DNA of 64,000 bases from Trypanosoma brucei (lineage: Eukaryota), in NCBI GenBank assembly GCA_000002445.1, contig CP000070.1:1120001-1184000 (forward strand), read 5' to 3'. Shown here piece after piece: positions 18,220-29,664 of this stretch (position 1 is the first letter of the stretch; each line of letters begins with the position of its first letter). A model generated the notes under the pieces. That model was not told the DNA's origin. It saw nothing but the letters and a program-made list of their open reading frames with translations, and did no database searches. The position numbers were made by a program, and so were the translations under genes.

Positions 18220-19871
18220 TGTGTGTTACCTTTTTCTCCACTTACTTGCTATGGGGTCTGTGCAAACATTGAAAAATTATGGGAAGAGTGAAGAGAAACA
18301 ATGGTGCAGTGATTTGTGCTCTTGAGTTTGTACGGGTGTGCGCGTGTATTAAGTCAAGAAATGAGTGAGATAACAATGACCAATAACGCTACTTGATGAT
18401 GGAAACAAAAAGGGTACACGCATAAGAAGTCTACCACCATTCCATGGTGTGATTATTGCAAACTCGAAGGTAGTGTCGATTAACCACCCAGACGAGCCAT
18501 CTCCAGTTGTCGTTACTGTTGTTAATAGACCGAAAACAAGCCCTAGTAAGCGGTTAATTACTGGAGGAAGGATTTGCTCCTCTTTATTGGTGCTGCATAC
18601 TAACTTGTTATCATTGTTCCTTCAGCACTGCTGTTCAGTACGATAGGAGGAGGGGATTTGAATATATATATATATATATAAACAACTTTGCAGAACCAAA
18701 ATGCATCACTGAATTCCAACGAAGCGTTAAGACGAAAAATGATAACCCCCTCTCAGCATTGTCGACGCCAAGTTTATCGTTTTAAATACAAACATGCACG
18801 GAAATACGTATGATGCGTGCCCATAAACCCGTTGGATCAAATATTCACGCGGCGGCACTCTGTAAAATATAAAATGCCCGTCATGCGGCACGACGGAACG
18901 AGCGGGTCAACTTGTGGTTTCTACCCTTTTGTATCTTCAGGGCGCAATGGTGCTTCCACAACGCACCGAAGCTACTCAATGTCGGTTCACTATCGTGTGG
19001 CAACTTCATGACTAGGCCATTTCGATTTTGAAGTTATACTTCACTACTTAGTCGCCCCACGCTCCATTTCATTTGGAAGTACCGTATCTAACGCGGTGCC
19101 AAGGCTTGTTTTTGCTCCTTTGGCAGAACAAAAACATTCAGTAGCAAACGGTTGGCAGTAAAGTTTGAGATGGGCCGACTAAGAACTCAGAGCCGTTGGC
19201 GCGGATGTCCCCACGGGTTGGTTTAGTATGCCCAAGTGACGTGCTCAGTGAGTTCTTCAGCTGAGTCCTTACGTATTGTGTGAAGGCCGTAGTTAAGCGG
19301 CAGCATTCGTGGGGCCAGATTATTTGACCAAATAGCTGCGACAAGTGAAGGAATACCTTCAGCAGCCTAGTTCTTGTCCATAGTTCCCCTAGAGATAGCT
19401 CTTATGAAGGAGAAAAAGTGAAGGCAACCCATTGGATGTTAGAAGTGAAGCGACGCGAAAGGGGGAAACAGTAAATCTTGCGGATGAAGAAATGCAAACG
19501 TATATCTCATGAGAGTTTGGCTCGAAAGGGAGGCGTTTTGTCAAAAGCGTACGAATGGAAAGGGAAAGAAGGGACAAGTGGCATTTGCGTACTCCCTTTA
19601 AAGTTAGGAACCACAGTTGCACGTCTTCCCGGATGCTCATCCATCCACCTCTTCGCACTGTCACCAGGGCCCCCCTGCCGATTGGGACATGGCTCTCATA
19701 TCAAATAACGCTTTCAAAAGCCTTAACAATTAATAGTCATAAATAATAATAATAATATTGATAGTAGTCGGCACGATGCTGTGCCATGAACGAAGACCGA
19801 CATCCATTCAGTCACAACGCAGTTTCACGCCGTGGAGAACTGCAACGCTGGATTCAGCTTTTTCCTGGTGA

Positions 19872-20765
19872 TCAGCATATTTTGGCTTGTGAGAAGTCCA
19901 TTTCGGGATGCGCCGCCATAAACTTCGCCAGCATTTCTCTCTTTTTCTGCTCCTCTGAAGTGGGCAGTCCCATGGCCTTTTGCCTCTGGTCGTACATCAT
20001 TTTTTCAACCGTTTGTCTTGTATCGCCGTCAAGGTCGTCTAACTTGGAGTTCTCCGGCATCACCTTCTGCAGGTCGATTTCAGCATCACCCACCATAACA
20101 GTCTTCCACCACTCCATTTGATTTTGCTTCGTCAGCGTAACCACCACCGTGTGACCATCTTCAATAGTCCACATGGACTCCTCAGTTTTCACACTGGCAA
20201 AAAGCTCGCCATCAACAATAGGAGGCTTCCCCTTCATCCCCACCCGTAAACGGCGCTGCTGAAGAACCACATCCACATCCTTCCCCTTTGCGCGTGCCAC
20301 CAGTAACGGCACTCTCACTTCGACCTCCTTAAGTGTTTGCGAGAACATATAGTGCTCGTAATCGAACCCGTTCCCGACGGTCGGAGGAAGTCCTTTCGGC
20401 TTTGCTCCATCTTCATCTTCTTTCGCATTTGCTAATTCTTCCTTTTTTCGCTCCAAATCCGCTTTGCGCTTTGCGGCTTCAGCAGCCGCCTGCGCCGCCG
20501 CCTTCGCCTTCACCTCCTCTTCATCCTCCACCTCTTCCACGCGCGAGACGGGTGCCTCCTTCCGTTTTTGCCTTTGTTTCTCTTCCGCCTGCGCTAAATG
20601 GCGGTCAAGTGCGCGTTGTACTGCTGTGCGAGCCATGGCTGGTTGCGAGAAGAAGTCCGTTTTCCGCCCAAGAAAAGAGAAGAAGGTGTTGAGGATGGAG
20701 TCAATGCCATCGTGCTGCTGGGCGATAGCCAAAAGCATCGTGTCGAATCGTTCGTCCGTCGCCAT
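19872..20765 (-). CDS. NUDC: Nuclear distribution protein NudC homologue (CS domain)
   Basis: 297 aa. Acidic/K-rich coiled region, then a CS-domain core (YMFSQTLKEVEVRVPL...EESMWTIEDGHTVVVTLTK...WWKTVM) and the NudC-type C-terminus KFMAAHPEMDFSQAKI. Confidence 0.85.
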   Translation of the reverse strand: MATDERFDTMLLAIAQQHDGIDSILNTFFSFLGRKTDFFSQPAMARTAVQRALDRHLAQAEEKQRQKRKEAPVSRVEEVEDEEEVKAKAAAQAAAEAAKRKADLERKKEELANAKEDEDGAKPKGLPPTVGNGFDYEHYMFSQTLKEVEVRVPLLVARAKGKDVDVVLQQRRLRVGMKGKPPIVDGELFASVKTEESMWTIEDGHTVVVTLTKQNQMEWWKTVMVGDAEIDLQKVMPENSKLDDLDGDTRQTVEKMMYDQRQKAMGLPTSEEQKKREMLAKFMAAHPEMDFSQAKIC

Positions 20766-21263
20766 GACTTGAACTAGTCGTGTCCGTATGTGGTTAAAAA
20801 GTGTATACGCTTTATGTAGTGCTTGCTGGTAGTACGCATATGCAAAAAAAAAACCAAAGGTAAATATACGAGAAGAGGATTAGCATCGGTATGGGGGGAA
20901 GTGAAGACAGAAAACACGCGATAGCATGATATTGTGGGTAAAAATAAAAATACAACTTAACGCGCGGAGACTCGGAAGCTCCTGAGGGATGGAAAAAAAA
21001 TTATCTGTAGATGTTTGAACCATGTAAGGAAGATCCAAAAAAGCCAGCAGCAACAATGAGCAACATTGAGGATAGAAGGGAAGAGGTGGATGATTCTCGA
21101 AAAAAAAAAACAGAAAGCACCAACGAAGTGGTTGTTTCTTAATGCGCGAAAGCATACGTCCTTACGAGTACCGGCGTTAGTAACTGCCGACACAACAACA
21201 TGAAGGAATAGTGTGAGTATGCAAACCACCTACTGGAGAACCGCAGGGTACATGTTTCTGCAA

Positions 21264-21289
<26 letters not shown>
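21264..21289. repeat. (CA)13 microsatellite
   Basis: cacacacacacacacacacacacaca read directly. Confidence 0.9.
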
Positions 21290-21294
<5 letters not shown>

Positions 21295-21300
21295 GGTTTC

Positions 21301-22971
21301 TCACACATCTCTGCGATTGTGCTTTATTTTTCTTTCCCCCTTGATGAAGTACATCATCTGGGTGATGATGATCCCCAAAATCAGTTCACTCCCTTCAAGA
21401 ACAATAAAGTCGTACAGGACACAATTCCGCGCAAGTTGTAAGATGATGACCTCCCGTTCCATACCCTCGTATATCAGTGCAAACAGAGGAACCAGATTCC
21501 CTGCATCTCTCTGCATGCATTGCATCAGGCTGACAGCAGGGTGCGCCACAAAAGGAAATTGCTTCACTTCCATTTCGATAGCGCTCCATATTCCTTTTAA
21601 CATATCCCACTCAATACGATACTTATCAGTTTTCAGAAGAAGGCTTCTCATTACCGAAGCAATCGCCCCCCTACCCAACACATGGCTAAGATGGGATAGA
21701 TATCCCTTCAGTTGCCTCTCCTGATGAAAGAGTCTATGTGCGGTTGTCAGCTTATCCACGCGTACCCAAGCCCTTCCCCACTTCTCTTTCATGTATGCAA
21801 AAAAAATTCGTGCCACAGCACGACCAGCAAGTATATAAAATTGCATTCTTGCGGAGTGGCTAATGAGCGCTTGCCAAGCTTTGCATACAGTTCTAGCAAC
21901 GGGTAAGTCAGCAGGGCGCAGATAGTTTAAAACGTACTCTTGTAACTCGTAAGGTAAGGTCGAAAACGAACGCTGCAAGGTAGAAATACCCACACTTTTG
22001 TAGTGTACTCTCGAGTGACCACTGGGGATGTTGGATGCATCACGTTTGCGTTTACGTGTCTCCATAGTTTGGAAGTCGTCATACACGATATTTATTGCAT
22101 AACCGTCGCTGCTTGTTCTTCCCCTAGTCTCGCCCGACTCCTGAACGGTTTCATCCACGTCTTCGTTAATTTCCGCCTGCGCCACTATCTTTTGTATCGT
22201 TTGCAAGCGTTGAGTCCCGTGCCAGTACCACGTGGGCTCTCCAATGGTATACTCCGAACGAGATTTCAGCCACGGCAAAGTGGGTAAGGAGCAATTCCTT
22301 TTGTACCCCATGGTTTCTGCAAAAGTGTCCTTCGCAAACTCACACTGAAGCAAGGCTCTGGTCAAACTGAGGAAAAGGAATGCTACAGTAGAGTACATGG
22401 AAAGACCCGCATCACTAGGTTCCGCCTCCCTAAGGTATGGTGTTGATTCGAAGTAAGCACACAGTCCCTGCCGGATAGCTCTCCTCTCCAGGCGGCGGTC
22501 GACGTAAAAGTCTAGAAAGGAGAAAAGTACTGGGGCCAAGACATCCTCAGAAAGCCTTGTGTTAAAAACATCCAAATCGTCTGCAACCAAAGTGGTTGTG
22601 CCGTGAACAACGCCGTTTGTAGGGTTTCTTCCCCTGCCATCCTCAACGCCTTGCACTCCTCCCATACCACTGATAGTGGCGTTGGCGGAAGTATTTAATT
22701 CTTCATTCACCACACTACGCGCTTCTGTTTCCCTGGTCACTGGCAGCAACCTTGTGATAAGAAGCTGAACGAAAACACTATTTGTGTGCAGACAAATGTC
22801 CAAAAGTGAAAAACTGTCGGTTGGTACAGCACCCTCTTTGCGGCGTGTTATGTATTGAAAACGTTCCAGGAATTCTACAGATTCATCACTAAAGATCTGC
22901 GGCATACTATGTATCAGTACCTGCTCTGTTGCACATGTGAGTATGCAAGCGCGTTCATGGGAAATACCCAA
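21301..22971 (-). CDS. F-box domain protein (kinetoplastid-type hypothetical)
   Basis: 556 aa with an F-box-like motif LPYELQEYVLNYLRPADLPVARTVCKAWQALI. No other recognisable domain. Confidence 0.5.
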   Translation of the reverse strand: MGISHERACILTCATEQVLIHSMPQIFSDESVEFLERFQYITRRKEGAVPTDSFSLLDICLHTNSVFVQLLITRLLPVTRETEARSVVNEELNTSANATISGMGGVQGVEDGRGRNPTNGVVHGTTTLVADDLDVFNTRLSEDVLAPVLFSFLDFYVDRRLERRAIRQGLCAYFESTPYLREAEPSDAGLSMYSTVAFLFLSLTRALLQCEFAKDTFAETMGYKRNCSLPTLPWLKSRSEYTIGEPTWYWHGTQRLQTIQKIVAQAEINEDVDETVQESGETRGRTSSDGYAINIVYDDFQTMETRKRKRDASNIPSGHSRVHYKSVGISTLQRSFSTLPYELQEYVLNYLRPADLPVARTVCKAWQALISHSARMQFYILAGRAVARIFFAYMKEKWGRAWVRVDKLTTAHRLFHQERQLKGYLSHLSHVLGRGAIASVMRSLLLKTDKYRIEWDMLKGIWSAIEMEVKQFPFVAHPAVSLMQCMQRDAGNLVPLFALIYEGMEREVIILQLARNCVLYDFIVLEGSELILGIIITQMMYFIKGERKIKHNRRDV

Positions 22972-23278
22972 ATAGACACAACAAAAAGAAAATACGTGAA
23001 GGTAATAGAGGTTTATGTATGTGTGTGGTTGAGGGTGCCCTTCAAGCGTACCTGAAGGTTGGAAGCGTGTGAGAAAGGAATGCTACCGTCGATGCGGCAA
23101 ACGCTCCACAGAAGGTTCCCCCCCCCCCATTGCAGTATTAAAGGCTTACGTTTCGTTGTGTCGTCCCCGCGTTCCCCCGTAGAATTTTCTTTGGCTGACT
23201 TTGGCGCAGTGCCTCTACATTGCAGACAACCGAACTGACAGAGTGGCTTTCGTATTTGCTATTTTCTCGTTGTCACAC

Positions 23279-24820
23279 TTAACAGTGAGAAAAGTCAACA
23301 ATATCGGTTATTTCATGTGCAGCCCAGTTTGAAATACGCTGCTTTACCTTCGCCGCATCCTGCCGCTTGTAAAAAATAGGTTTTTGAAACTCCTTTACAA
23401 GGAAGTTCCTATCTTGCATGAATTCATGAACAGCCGCAAGACCCACCATAGCACCAGACCATGGGGTGGACCCCACCGCGTCATCACTGCCTAAGCGAAC
23501 AAGCATGCGAGGAATGTTCAAACGGCGCAAGTCTAAGCCATCACGTGAGTGCATAAATCGCTCCGTTGGGTTATGCACCACAGAATTGAGAGCTCGGAAC
23601 ACCGTTCTCGCTTCCACATCACTTAGACCGTAACCGCGGACTCGCGGTATGTTGTTACAACGACCAACAGCCCATATATTTGGTCGACAATAGAGTTGCA
23701 TTAGAGTACTTACGCGGTAGTGTCCATCCGGCATTTCATGCTCCGAGAGGATGTTGGTACAACCTTTTCCGGAAACGATGGGACGCGGAACATCGCCAAT
23801 AGTCGAAAAAACGTAATCATAACCTTCTTCCTCACCTGTTGATTCCACGGTATTGCTCGTCAGCTGCGGCTGCCGAGTCCCAAAATAGGCCTGATTGACG
23901 ATCGATTGCCGTGGTCGTGGTGCGAAGTGCATCTTTTCGTACCGCACAGTAAATGTCGACGGTTCATCCGGTGATGTTCCCCAAGTCAACCACCCCGTTA
24001 GTGGCTTCAGCAGGCTTGACAACATTGATGTGCTCGTTTCGTTCACGCGCCTTCCCAACGCATCATAACCAGTAACATCAGTGACGCGGGAACAGAGGTT
24101 AACAGTAATGTTATCACACTTCTCCACGGTTTCCAACGCATACCTTTGGCTTGTCGTTGGAAGCGCAGGGAGGAGCTCAGGTTTGGAGTGGTACAGGTGG
24201 ACTTTCAAGTCCTTCCTGTTGCGAGCGAGGTCGACTGCCAGTGACACCCCAACGGGCCCGCCGCCAAGAACGGCAACTTTTTTACATGTGCCAATGAATT
24301 CATTAAAGTTCTTCAGCTCCTGTACGCGTCCGCTCACTGTTCGCTGCTTCGTTGCAAAGGGGTATGGCTTGCGTTCTCCCACAGTGATGAATAACAGATC
24401 ATAGGGGACAGTGCGGCCATCTCGTAGTGTAACTGTGTTTTCATCCACGCCATGTACTGTACCCGTCAAGACGTTCGCCTGCTTCAAGTAATAACGGTGG
24501 AGAACGAGCAGGCGCCGGCACGCCTCTTCATTTAACTCACTCCAAGGGTTCGCTATGATAGGGATAATATCATTTGTAAGTTCAAAGTAATTTTTTTCAT
24601 CGATAAATGTGACGTTAAACATACTGTCAAGCATGTATGCCAACTTCGACCCGGTGTACCCGCCGCCAACAACAACGCATCTTACGGGGGTAACATCTTT
24701 GCTTGGGTCCATAACAACGTCCAATGTTGGTGGTGAAATGGCGAGCGACGAGGACGAAGTGCTGCGGTATGCCGACACTGCACCGGCTAACATGCTACTT
24801 GTGAATAACTTCCAGAGCAT
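23279..24820 (-). CDS. FAD/NAD(P)-binding pyridine nucleotide-disulphide oxidoreductase (AIF/FSP1-like or type-II NADH dehydrogenase-like)
   Basis: 513 aa. N-terminal targeting-like leader, two Rossmann dinucleotide-binding motifs (VVGGGYTGSKLA and VAVLGGGPVGVSLAVDLA), and DLLFITVGERKPYPF between them. Confidence 0.65.
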   Translation of the reverse strand: MLWKLFTSSMLAGAVSAYRSTSSSSLAISPPTLDVVMDPSKDVTPVRCVVVGGGYTGSKLAYMLDSMFNVTFIDEKNYFELTNDIIPIIANPWSELNEEACRRLLVLHRYYLKQANVLTGTVHGVDENTVTLRDGRTVPYDLLFITVGERKPYPFATKQRTVSGRVQELKNFNEFIGTCKKVAVLGGGPVGVSLAVDLARNRKDLKVHLYHSKPELLPALPTTSQRYALETVEKCDNITVNLCSRVTDVTGYDALGRRVNETSTSMLSSLLKPLTGWLTWGTSPDEPSTFTVRYEKMHFAPRPRQSIVNQAYFGTRQPQLTSNTVESTGEEEGYDYVFSTIGDVPRPIVSGKGCTNILSEHEMPDGHYRVSTLMQLYCRPNIWAVGRCNNIPRVRGYGLSDVEARTVFRALNSVVHNPTERFMHSRDGLDLRRLNIPRMLVRLGSDDAVGSTPWSGAMVGLAAVHEFMQDRNFLVKEFQKPIFYKRQDAAKVKQRISNWAAHEITDIVDFSHC

Positions 24821-25573
24821 TCGGCTATAAGTGAATGCAATGGAAGCTTACACGAGAGCTCGCGTACGTAATTATGTGAAGAAATACAGTTGAAGATGTG
24901 ATGCACAAGTAATTGGTACAGGTTATATCAGTAGCTTTGTTTAGCCTTACCCACTCAATACCTGGGTTGGCGATCCTTCGTATGCTTCCTTTGCGTATCA
25001 GTGCGGAAGCTTAGTCTGCGGTGCCCGTGTCCAATTGGCGAAAAAAAAAAAATACGACACGAAAACGAGCGTAAAGTCACTATGATCCTTCAATGCGCCG
25101 GATGTAGTCAAGTTGAAAGAGCGAAAGATGAAACAGGCGCTGGTTGTTGATACACAAAAAGTATGGACACTCATGAGGACATGCAAAGCACAATACAAGT
25201 ACATATAGATGTGTGTTTTTTATACGCAACTGAACAGAATAGTGGAAAGGTGAATTATCCCCCTTCCCCTGTTGGCCAATTTCGTGATCTATCGTGCGCA
25301 CCCCACTGAAACGAAATGCACAAATCCTTCATACACAAACACGGATGCACCCCGTGCTGCTCTGCAAAAAAGAAAAGTGGACACACCGTATGATAGTGCT
25401 AGTTCGTGTCTCAACGACAAAGCAGGAGCAATCACTGCATGTATGTTGCCCGCACGCCACTTCGGCATTTCGTAACGCACAACGCCGAGAGGAGGGACGC
25501 CACACTGCTTCCTCGGTGGATATTACCAAAATCAACGGAATATCTCACATACGCCCACGCGAGCGTTATGTTC

Positions 25574-26407
25574 TCACTTCACCGTCAGGAACTGTATGAG
25601 TTTCAAAACATCTTGCGCTGTATGCCATACCGTACTCTCCACCAACCGTGTGCGCCGTACCTCCCTGTGCAGCGCCTCCAGATTTACTTCCAACTCTACA
25701 TCGTGTGATAAGTACGGCGCGCTGATGAGTGGTAATTGCAATTGTTGTCCTAATGGTCGTGCGATGCGGGAGTGATCAGTGAACGAACGCACCACTGCCA
25801 AATCTACAGTGAGCAATGCCCCTACTCGCACGGACTTGCGCTGTCGGAGGCGCGACACTTTTGGTGTAAAGAGCTGCCACGTCGACAGGTCCCACGTCTT
25901 GACAGGAATGCGCGTTTCACGCGATACACACACACGAAAATCGGCGGCCCACGCGGGACAACGCACATCGTGGACGAAAAGGCGCTCCTTTTCGCTCCCC
26001 GAGAGCAGCTGACCTTCACTGCATGAGGCATTCATCGCGTATTCAAGTCTCTGTGTTCCTGCCGTATGTACAAAAAGGGTTGCGGTAGAGCGTGAGGGTA
26101 CACACGCGGCGGGGGCTGTTTTCTTCAGTTTCTCATGGAGTGCGTGAAACGTTGCCTGTGAAACTCCACTAAAAAAGTGGAAGGGTGCTGCCGACGCTGC
26201 TGTGTCCAGTACCGCAGGTGTTTGCGTATTGGTGGCGAAGGGATGAGTGAAGTTGTGACGAGAAGCTGAGTACGTGCCTAAGCGGCACTCAAACTCGACA
26301 AGGACATCGGAAGTTGCGTTTTTGCGGTAGATCTCCAACCCCCGAATGAGTGCATCCGCCAACAGCTGCACGAGAGGGTCACGATATGGTGGAATACGTT
26401 GCAGCAT
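25574..26407 (-). CDS. Candidate triphosphate-tunnel-metalloenzyme (TTM) RNA triphosphatase, Cet1-like
   Basis: 277 aa. N-terminal beta-1 motif VLVEFECRLGTY (ExExK/R-type) and C-terminal HDVELEVNLE (ExE-type) match the two metal-binding glutamate strands of the Cet1/TTM family. The size is similar to known protozoan Cet1 enzymes. Confidence 0.4.
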   Translation of the reverse strand: MLQRIPPYRDPLVQLLADALIRGLEIYRKNATSDVLVEFECRLGTYSASRHNFTHPFATNTQTPAVLDTAASAAPFHFFSGVSQATFHALHEKLKKTAPAACVPSRSTATLFVHTAGTQRLEYAMNASCSEGQLLSGSEKERLFVHDVRCPAWAADFRVCVSRETRIPVKTWDLSTWQLFTPKVSRLRQRKSVRVGALLTVDLAVVRSFTDHSRIARPLGQQLQLPLISAPYLSHDVELEVNLEALHREVRRTRLVESTVWHTAQDVLKLIQFLTVK

Positions 26408-26859
26408 GTGACCGCAGTGAATGCAACTCCACTGTTCCCCCTTTGCACGTTCCTGCTAACGAAACAGAAGGATAAAAACGAGACAAGGGTACAAGCAAAA
26501 CGACAATACAACGTGGATTCGCTCAAGGCGAAGACAGGGTACGGGAGCATCCGAGTGCCTCAAAATCTCTGAGTTTGTATATCCCACACACAAAAGAAAA
26601 ATAACGGTGGACGGAGTGTAGGCGAAGGCCACAGCAAATTAAAAAAATGCAGACTGCCAACTGGAACAGCACATTCACTACGCAAAATATCTCCTCAAAA
26701 CGCCGCATCATCTGCTGTTAAAGCACACCCTTCTTGCCCCTTTTTAATGTCTTTTCCTGCTTCATTCACTCGTTCCACACCCTCACGAGGCAAGGCACCC
26801 AATGGCGCATTTGAAATGAGCAAATGCGAACGTTTCCCACTTGTTACATTCCTTCCCAA

Positions 26860-29664
26860 TCATACACTACTACCACCAGAACTCAAGTCAGTGACAGAAA
26901 TATTGGCAACTTTCACGTCGGCACTGACCTGTGCGACTCCCGTTTCCACATGCATAGGCGCAACACCGCTTCCCAAGCTCAATGGAGGAGAAGTTGTTGG
27001 GACGGGCACTGGAAGTGATGCAGCAAAGGGAGGTACCATCACCTTTGGTCCCGGTTGGTGTTGCTGCACAGGTACCGGAATTGCTCGTATCACACTATTG
27101 GACGTCTCCAACCCTGCATTAGGGTGAGTACCGGGAGGCGAGACCGCAACGCCGGTAGTGGAAGCCAGTCCCGGCGGGCTCTCCATTGGAGCCGTGGGCA
27201 CAACGTTAGATTCTTTTGGGATTGCAAAATTAGTGCCTCCAGAGGGGGCATAACCGCGCCCTGTTGCACCGTTCCGGCCGCTATCAGTGATGCTGTCGTT
27301 CCTTAACCATTCCGGCGTACACGACGACGCGGCCGTCGACGGTTTAGAGGACGAAACCAAGTGTTGAACCACTTGACAGTCCACGCCTGGAGCCGCAGTA
27401 GAGGGTTTAGGCCTTACCGATAGACTATCATCCAATAAAGAACTCTTCCCAGAGTTCTGTACCTGTCCCGGCGGTTTTAGCGTCGAGAAAAGCTGTGGAA
27501 GGGATCCCATGCTGGCCATTGAGGAGGCGCAGTTTGATACGATACATTTTGAAGGGCGGGCTGCGCTAGTGATTGGCATTACATCCACGGGTGCAACAAC
27601 TCCGGCAGTGAGGTGAGAAGTGTTGTGAACCACCTCAGTGACTGTGTGTGGCTGCGGTTGCTGAGATAGGGAAGGAGGTGCTACCGAAGTGTGAGGCGCC
27701 GGTACAGTTTGGGGTTCTCCTTTCGTCACCTCTTGCTGTTGTTGCACCGGTGGCGCTGTCGCTGCCTGTGGTGCTGAAGGGAGCAGTTGCGGTTGCGGTT
27801 GCGGTTGCGGTTGCAGGGGCTGCGGCACCGCCGGTCGTGCACCAGGAAATGGCAACTGCTGTGGTACCGCCGACGGTGCATATATTTGGTTTGGTTCGAC
27901 TAATGGATGCTGCTGCTGTATCGACGCTGGTGCCAGGGGCTGTTGAGTCGACGGTACATGCTGCGGGTTTGGTGCTTGCTGCGTTGCCAGATGAGTTGAA
28001 GTCTGCTGCGCGGTTTGTATTTTCGGTGATTCTATTGGTGGTGCTGTGATTGTCGTCAACCCCGTTATTGGCTGTTGTTGGTCTAACGACGTACGCTGAG
28101 TTGCCGTTGGGAATGCATGTGTTTGGTAGTGTGGGTCCGAAGGGTGCTGTTGCACCATTTGCGCCGTGGCGGGGGGCACCTGCTGAGGTGCTAATGGTAT
28201 CGTTGCAGAAGCCGTAGGATGTAGCGCAACAGGCTGCTGCAGAGGTAACTGCTGTGTTGCCGTTGGCAGCGTGCGCGTTTCGCGCTGCAGGTCTAATGGG
28301 TGCTGTTGCTGTATCAGAGGTTGTTGGGTCATTGCTACACACTGCGGGTTTAACTCTTGCACAGCTCTGAGTGGCTGTGTTTGCAACGGAGGCACTGATG
28401 TATTTGTGTCAGGTCCCACTTTCGCAGTGTTCGCAGAACCTACGTTAGCAGCCCTCGATAAGAGGGCAGATATTGCAGGTTTCTCGGCGTTACCCTGCTG
28501 CATTTCGTTCACAGTAAGCCACGACGGGGAAGCCGATGGTCCCGCAGCATTCCCACTCACTGATGTCGCAGGGAGTGCCGATTCAGACTGCTTTCCTTCC
28601 TTCAAACTTTTCACAACCTTCTGCAACTCTTCCACCTGTTTGACAAGTGCGCTGTTACTTGCTTCCTGTTGTCGTGTATTGTTGTACTGCTGCAGTGCTG
28701 CGACGTCGGGGACAACGGGAACAGCAAATAAAGATTGCTGTGAATTCCGATGCGGAAGAGCTGCAACGCCTGCAGCCTGCACTGTCGGCAACCCCGGAAG
28801 AGTTGGCTCAGACTTCGTTTGCTCCAACTTCTGCTGTTGTGGCGATATTGGCTGTCCAGCCTGGACATTGGCTTTCCCACCTTCTGCTGAGGGCGGTACT
28901 GGAGAGGCCGGCTTCTGCCCAATCAGTGCCGCCTGCATCATCATCATCATACCTTCACGCTGCAGACGATCGTTTCTATCTCTTTCCTTCTCGAGGAGTT
29001 GCTCTATCGAACTCAGTTTATCCTGCAATTGGTGCATTTTAAGGTCATAATCGGTCTTCCACTGCTCTGGTTGTCGTGGTGGCTCCAGCGCGGTTTGTGG
29101 TTGTTGCTGTGGTTGAACCTGTACTAACGGCGATTCTACTGCAGGCTTCATCATATGACGCTTTCGTATGTGTGATTGTAATGACTCGCACTTTCCATAC
29201 ATTTCGCCGCACTGTGGACATATATATGTTGAGCCCGCCGTCGCGTTTCTTCCTGCCCTATTATATTCGTATGCCAACAACGTGCGGCGTTGTGCCTTCA
29301 CCTCTTTCCTCAAAACGCTGTTTTCCTGATTCAACCGGTCGCATTCCTGTTTCAGTGAATCAACGCCTTGCTGAGACTCTTGCATGCGCTCGTTAAGTTT
29401 TACGTTTATCTTTGCGAGACACTCTTGCGAGCAGACCAAATACTGAATAACCAGTTGACAAAGTGTGTAAAGATGGATAAAGTGGTCGGGGGTAAACATC
29501 GCCGCCTCATCACGTGTTAGGCGAGCGAACGCGATGTTTTCCACCACCCGCTGTAGAGTATCCACGTTGGTGTCTTTTATGAGACGCTGAATGTCAATAC
29601 TTACCAGCACACCCCAATCCAGGCGTTCACTTCCTTGTACAAACTGAAAGTCGAGTGCCGTCAT
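26860..29664 (-). CDS. DZIP1-like protein (Dzip N-terminal domain, single C2H2 zinc finger, long Q/P-rich C-terminus)
   Basis: 934 aa. N-terminus FQFVQGSERLDWGVLVSIDIQRLIKDTNVDTLQRVVENIAFARL...LYTLCQLVIQYLVCSQECL resembles the DZIP1/Iguana N-domain. Coiled coil, then C2H2 finger YICPQCGEMYGKCESLQSHIRKRH. The remainder is Q/P/A-rich low complexity with (PQ)n. Confidence 0.55.
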   Translation of the reverse strand: MTALDFQFVQGSERLDWGVLVSIDIQRLIKDTNVDTLQRVVENIAFARLTRDEAAMFTPDHFIHLYTLCQLVIQYLVCSQECLAKINVKLNERMQESQQGVDSLKQECDRLNQENSVLRKEVKAQRRTLLAYEYNRAGRNATAGSTYICPQCGEMYGKCESLQSHIRKRHMMKPAVESPLVQVQPQQQPQTALEPPRQPEQWKTDYDLKMHQLQDKLSSIEQLLEKERDRNDRLQREGMMMMMQAALIGQKPASPVPPSAEGGKANVQAGQPISPQQQKLEQTKSEPTLPGLPTVQAAGVAALPHRNSQQSLFAVPVVPDVAALQQYNNTRQQEASNSALVKQVEELQKVVKSLKEGKQSESALPATSVSGNAAGPSASPSWLTVNEMQQGNAEKPAISALLSRAANVGSANTAKVGPDTNTSVPPLQTQPLRAVQELNPQCVAMTQQPLIQQQHPLDLQRETRTLPTATQQLPLQQPVALHPTASATIPLAPQQVPPATAQMVQQHPSDPHYQTHAFPTATQRTSLDQQQPITGLTTITAPPIESPKIQTAQQTSTHLATQQAPNPQHVPSTQQPLAPASIQQQHPLVEPNQIYAPSAVPQQLPFPGARPAVPQPLQPQPQPQPQLLPSAPQAATAPPVQQQQEVTKGEPQTVPAPHTSVAPPSLSQQPQPHTVTEVVHNTSHLTAGVVAPVDVMPITSAARPSKCIVSNCASSMASMGSLPQLFSTLKPPGQVQNSGKSSLLDDSLSVRPKPSTAAPGVDCQVVQHLVSSSKPSTAASSCTPEWLRNDSITDSGRNGATGRGYAPSGGTNFAIPKESNVVPTAPMESPPGLASTTGVAVSPPGTHPNAGLETSNSVIRAIPVPVQQHQPGPKVMVPPFAASLPVPVPTTSPPLSLGSGVAPMHVETGVAQVSADVKVANISVTDLSSGGSSV

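Noticed and set aside
27635-29050. Long alternative-frame and antisense ORFs (27635..28342 -, 27648..28049 +, 28271..29050 +, 28647..29042 +) overlapping the DZIP1-like gene
   Set aside because: They lie within the Q/P-rich low-complexity segment of a much longer ORF that carries conserved domains. Composition bias removes stop codons in several frames. No independent motif support.
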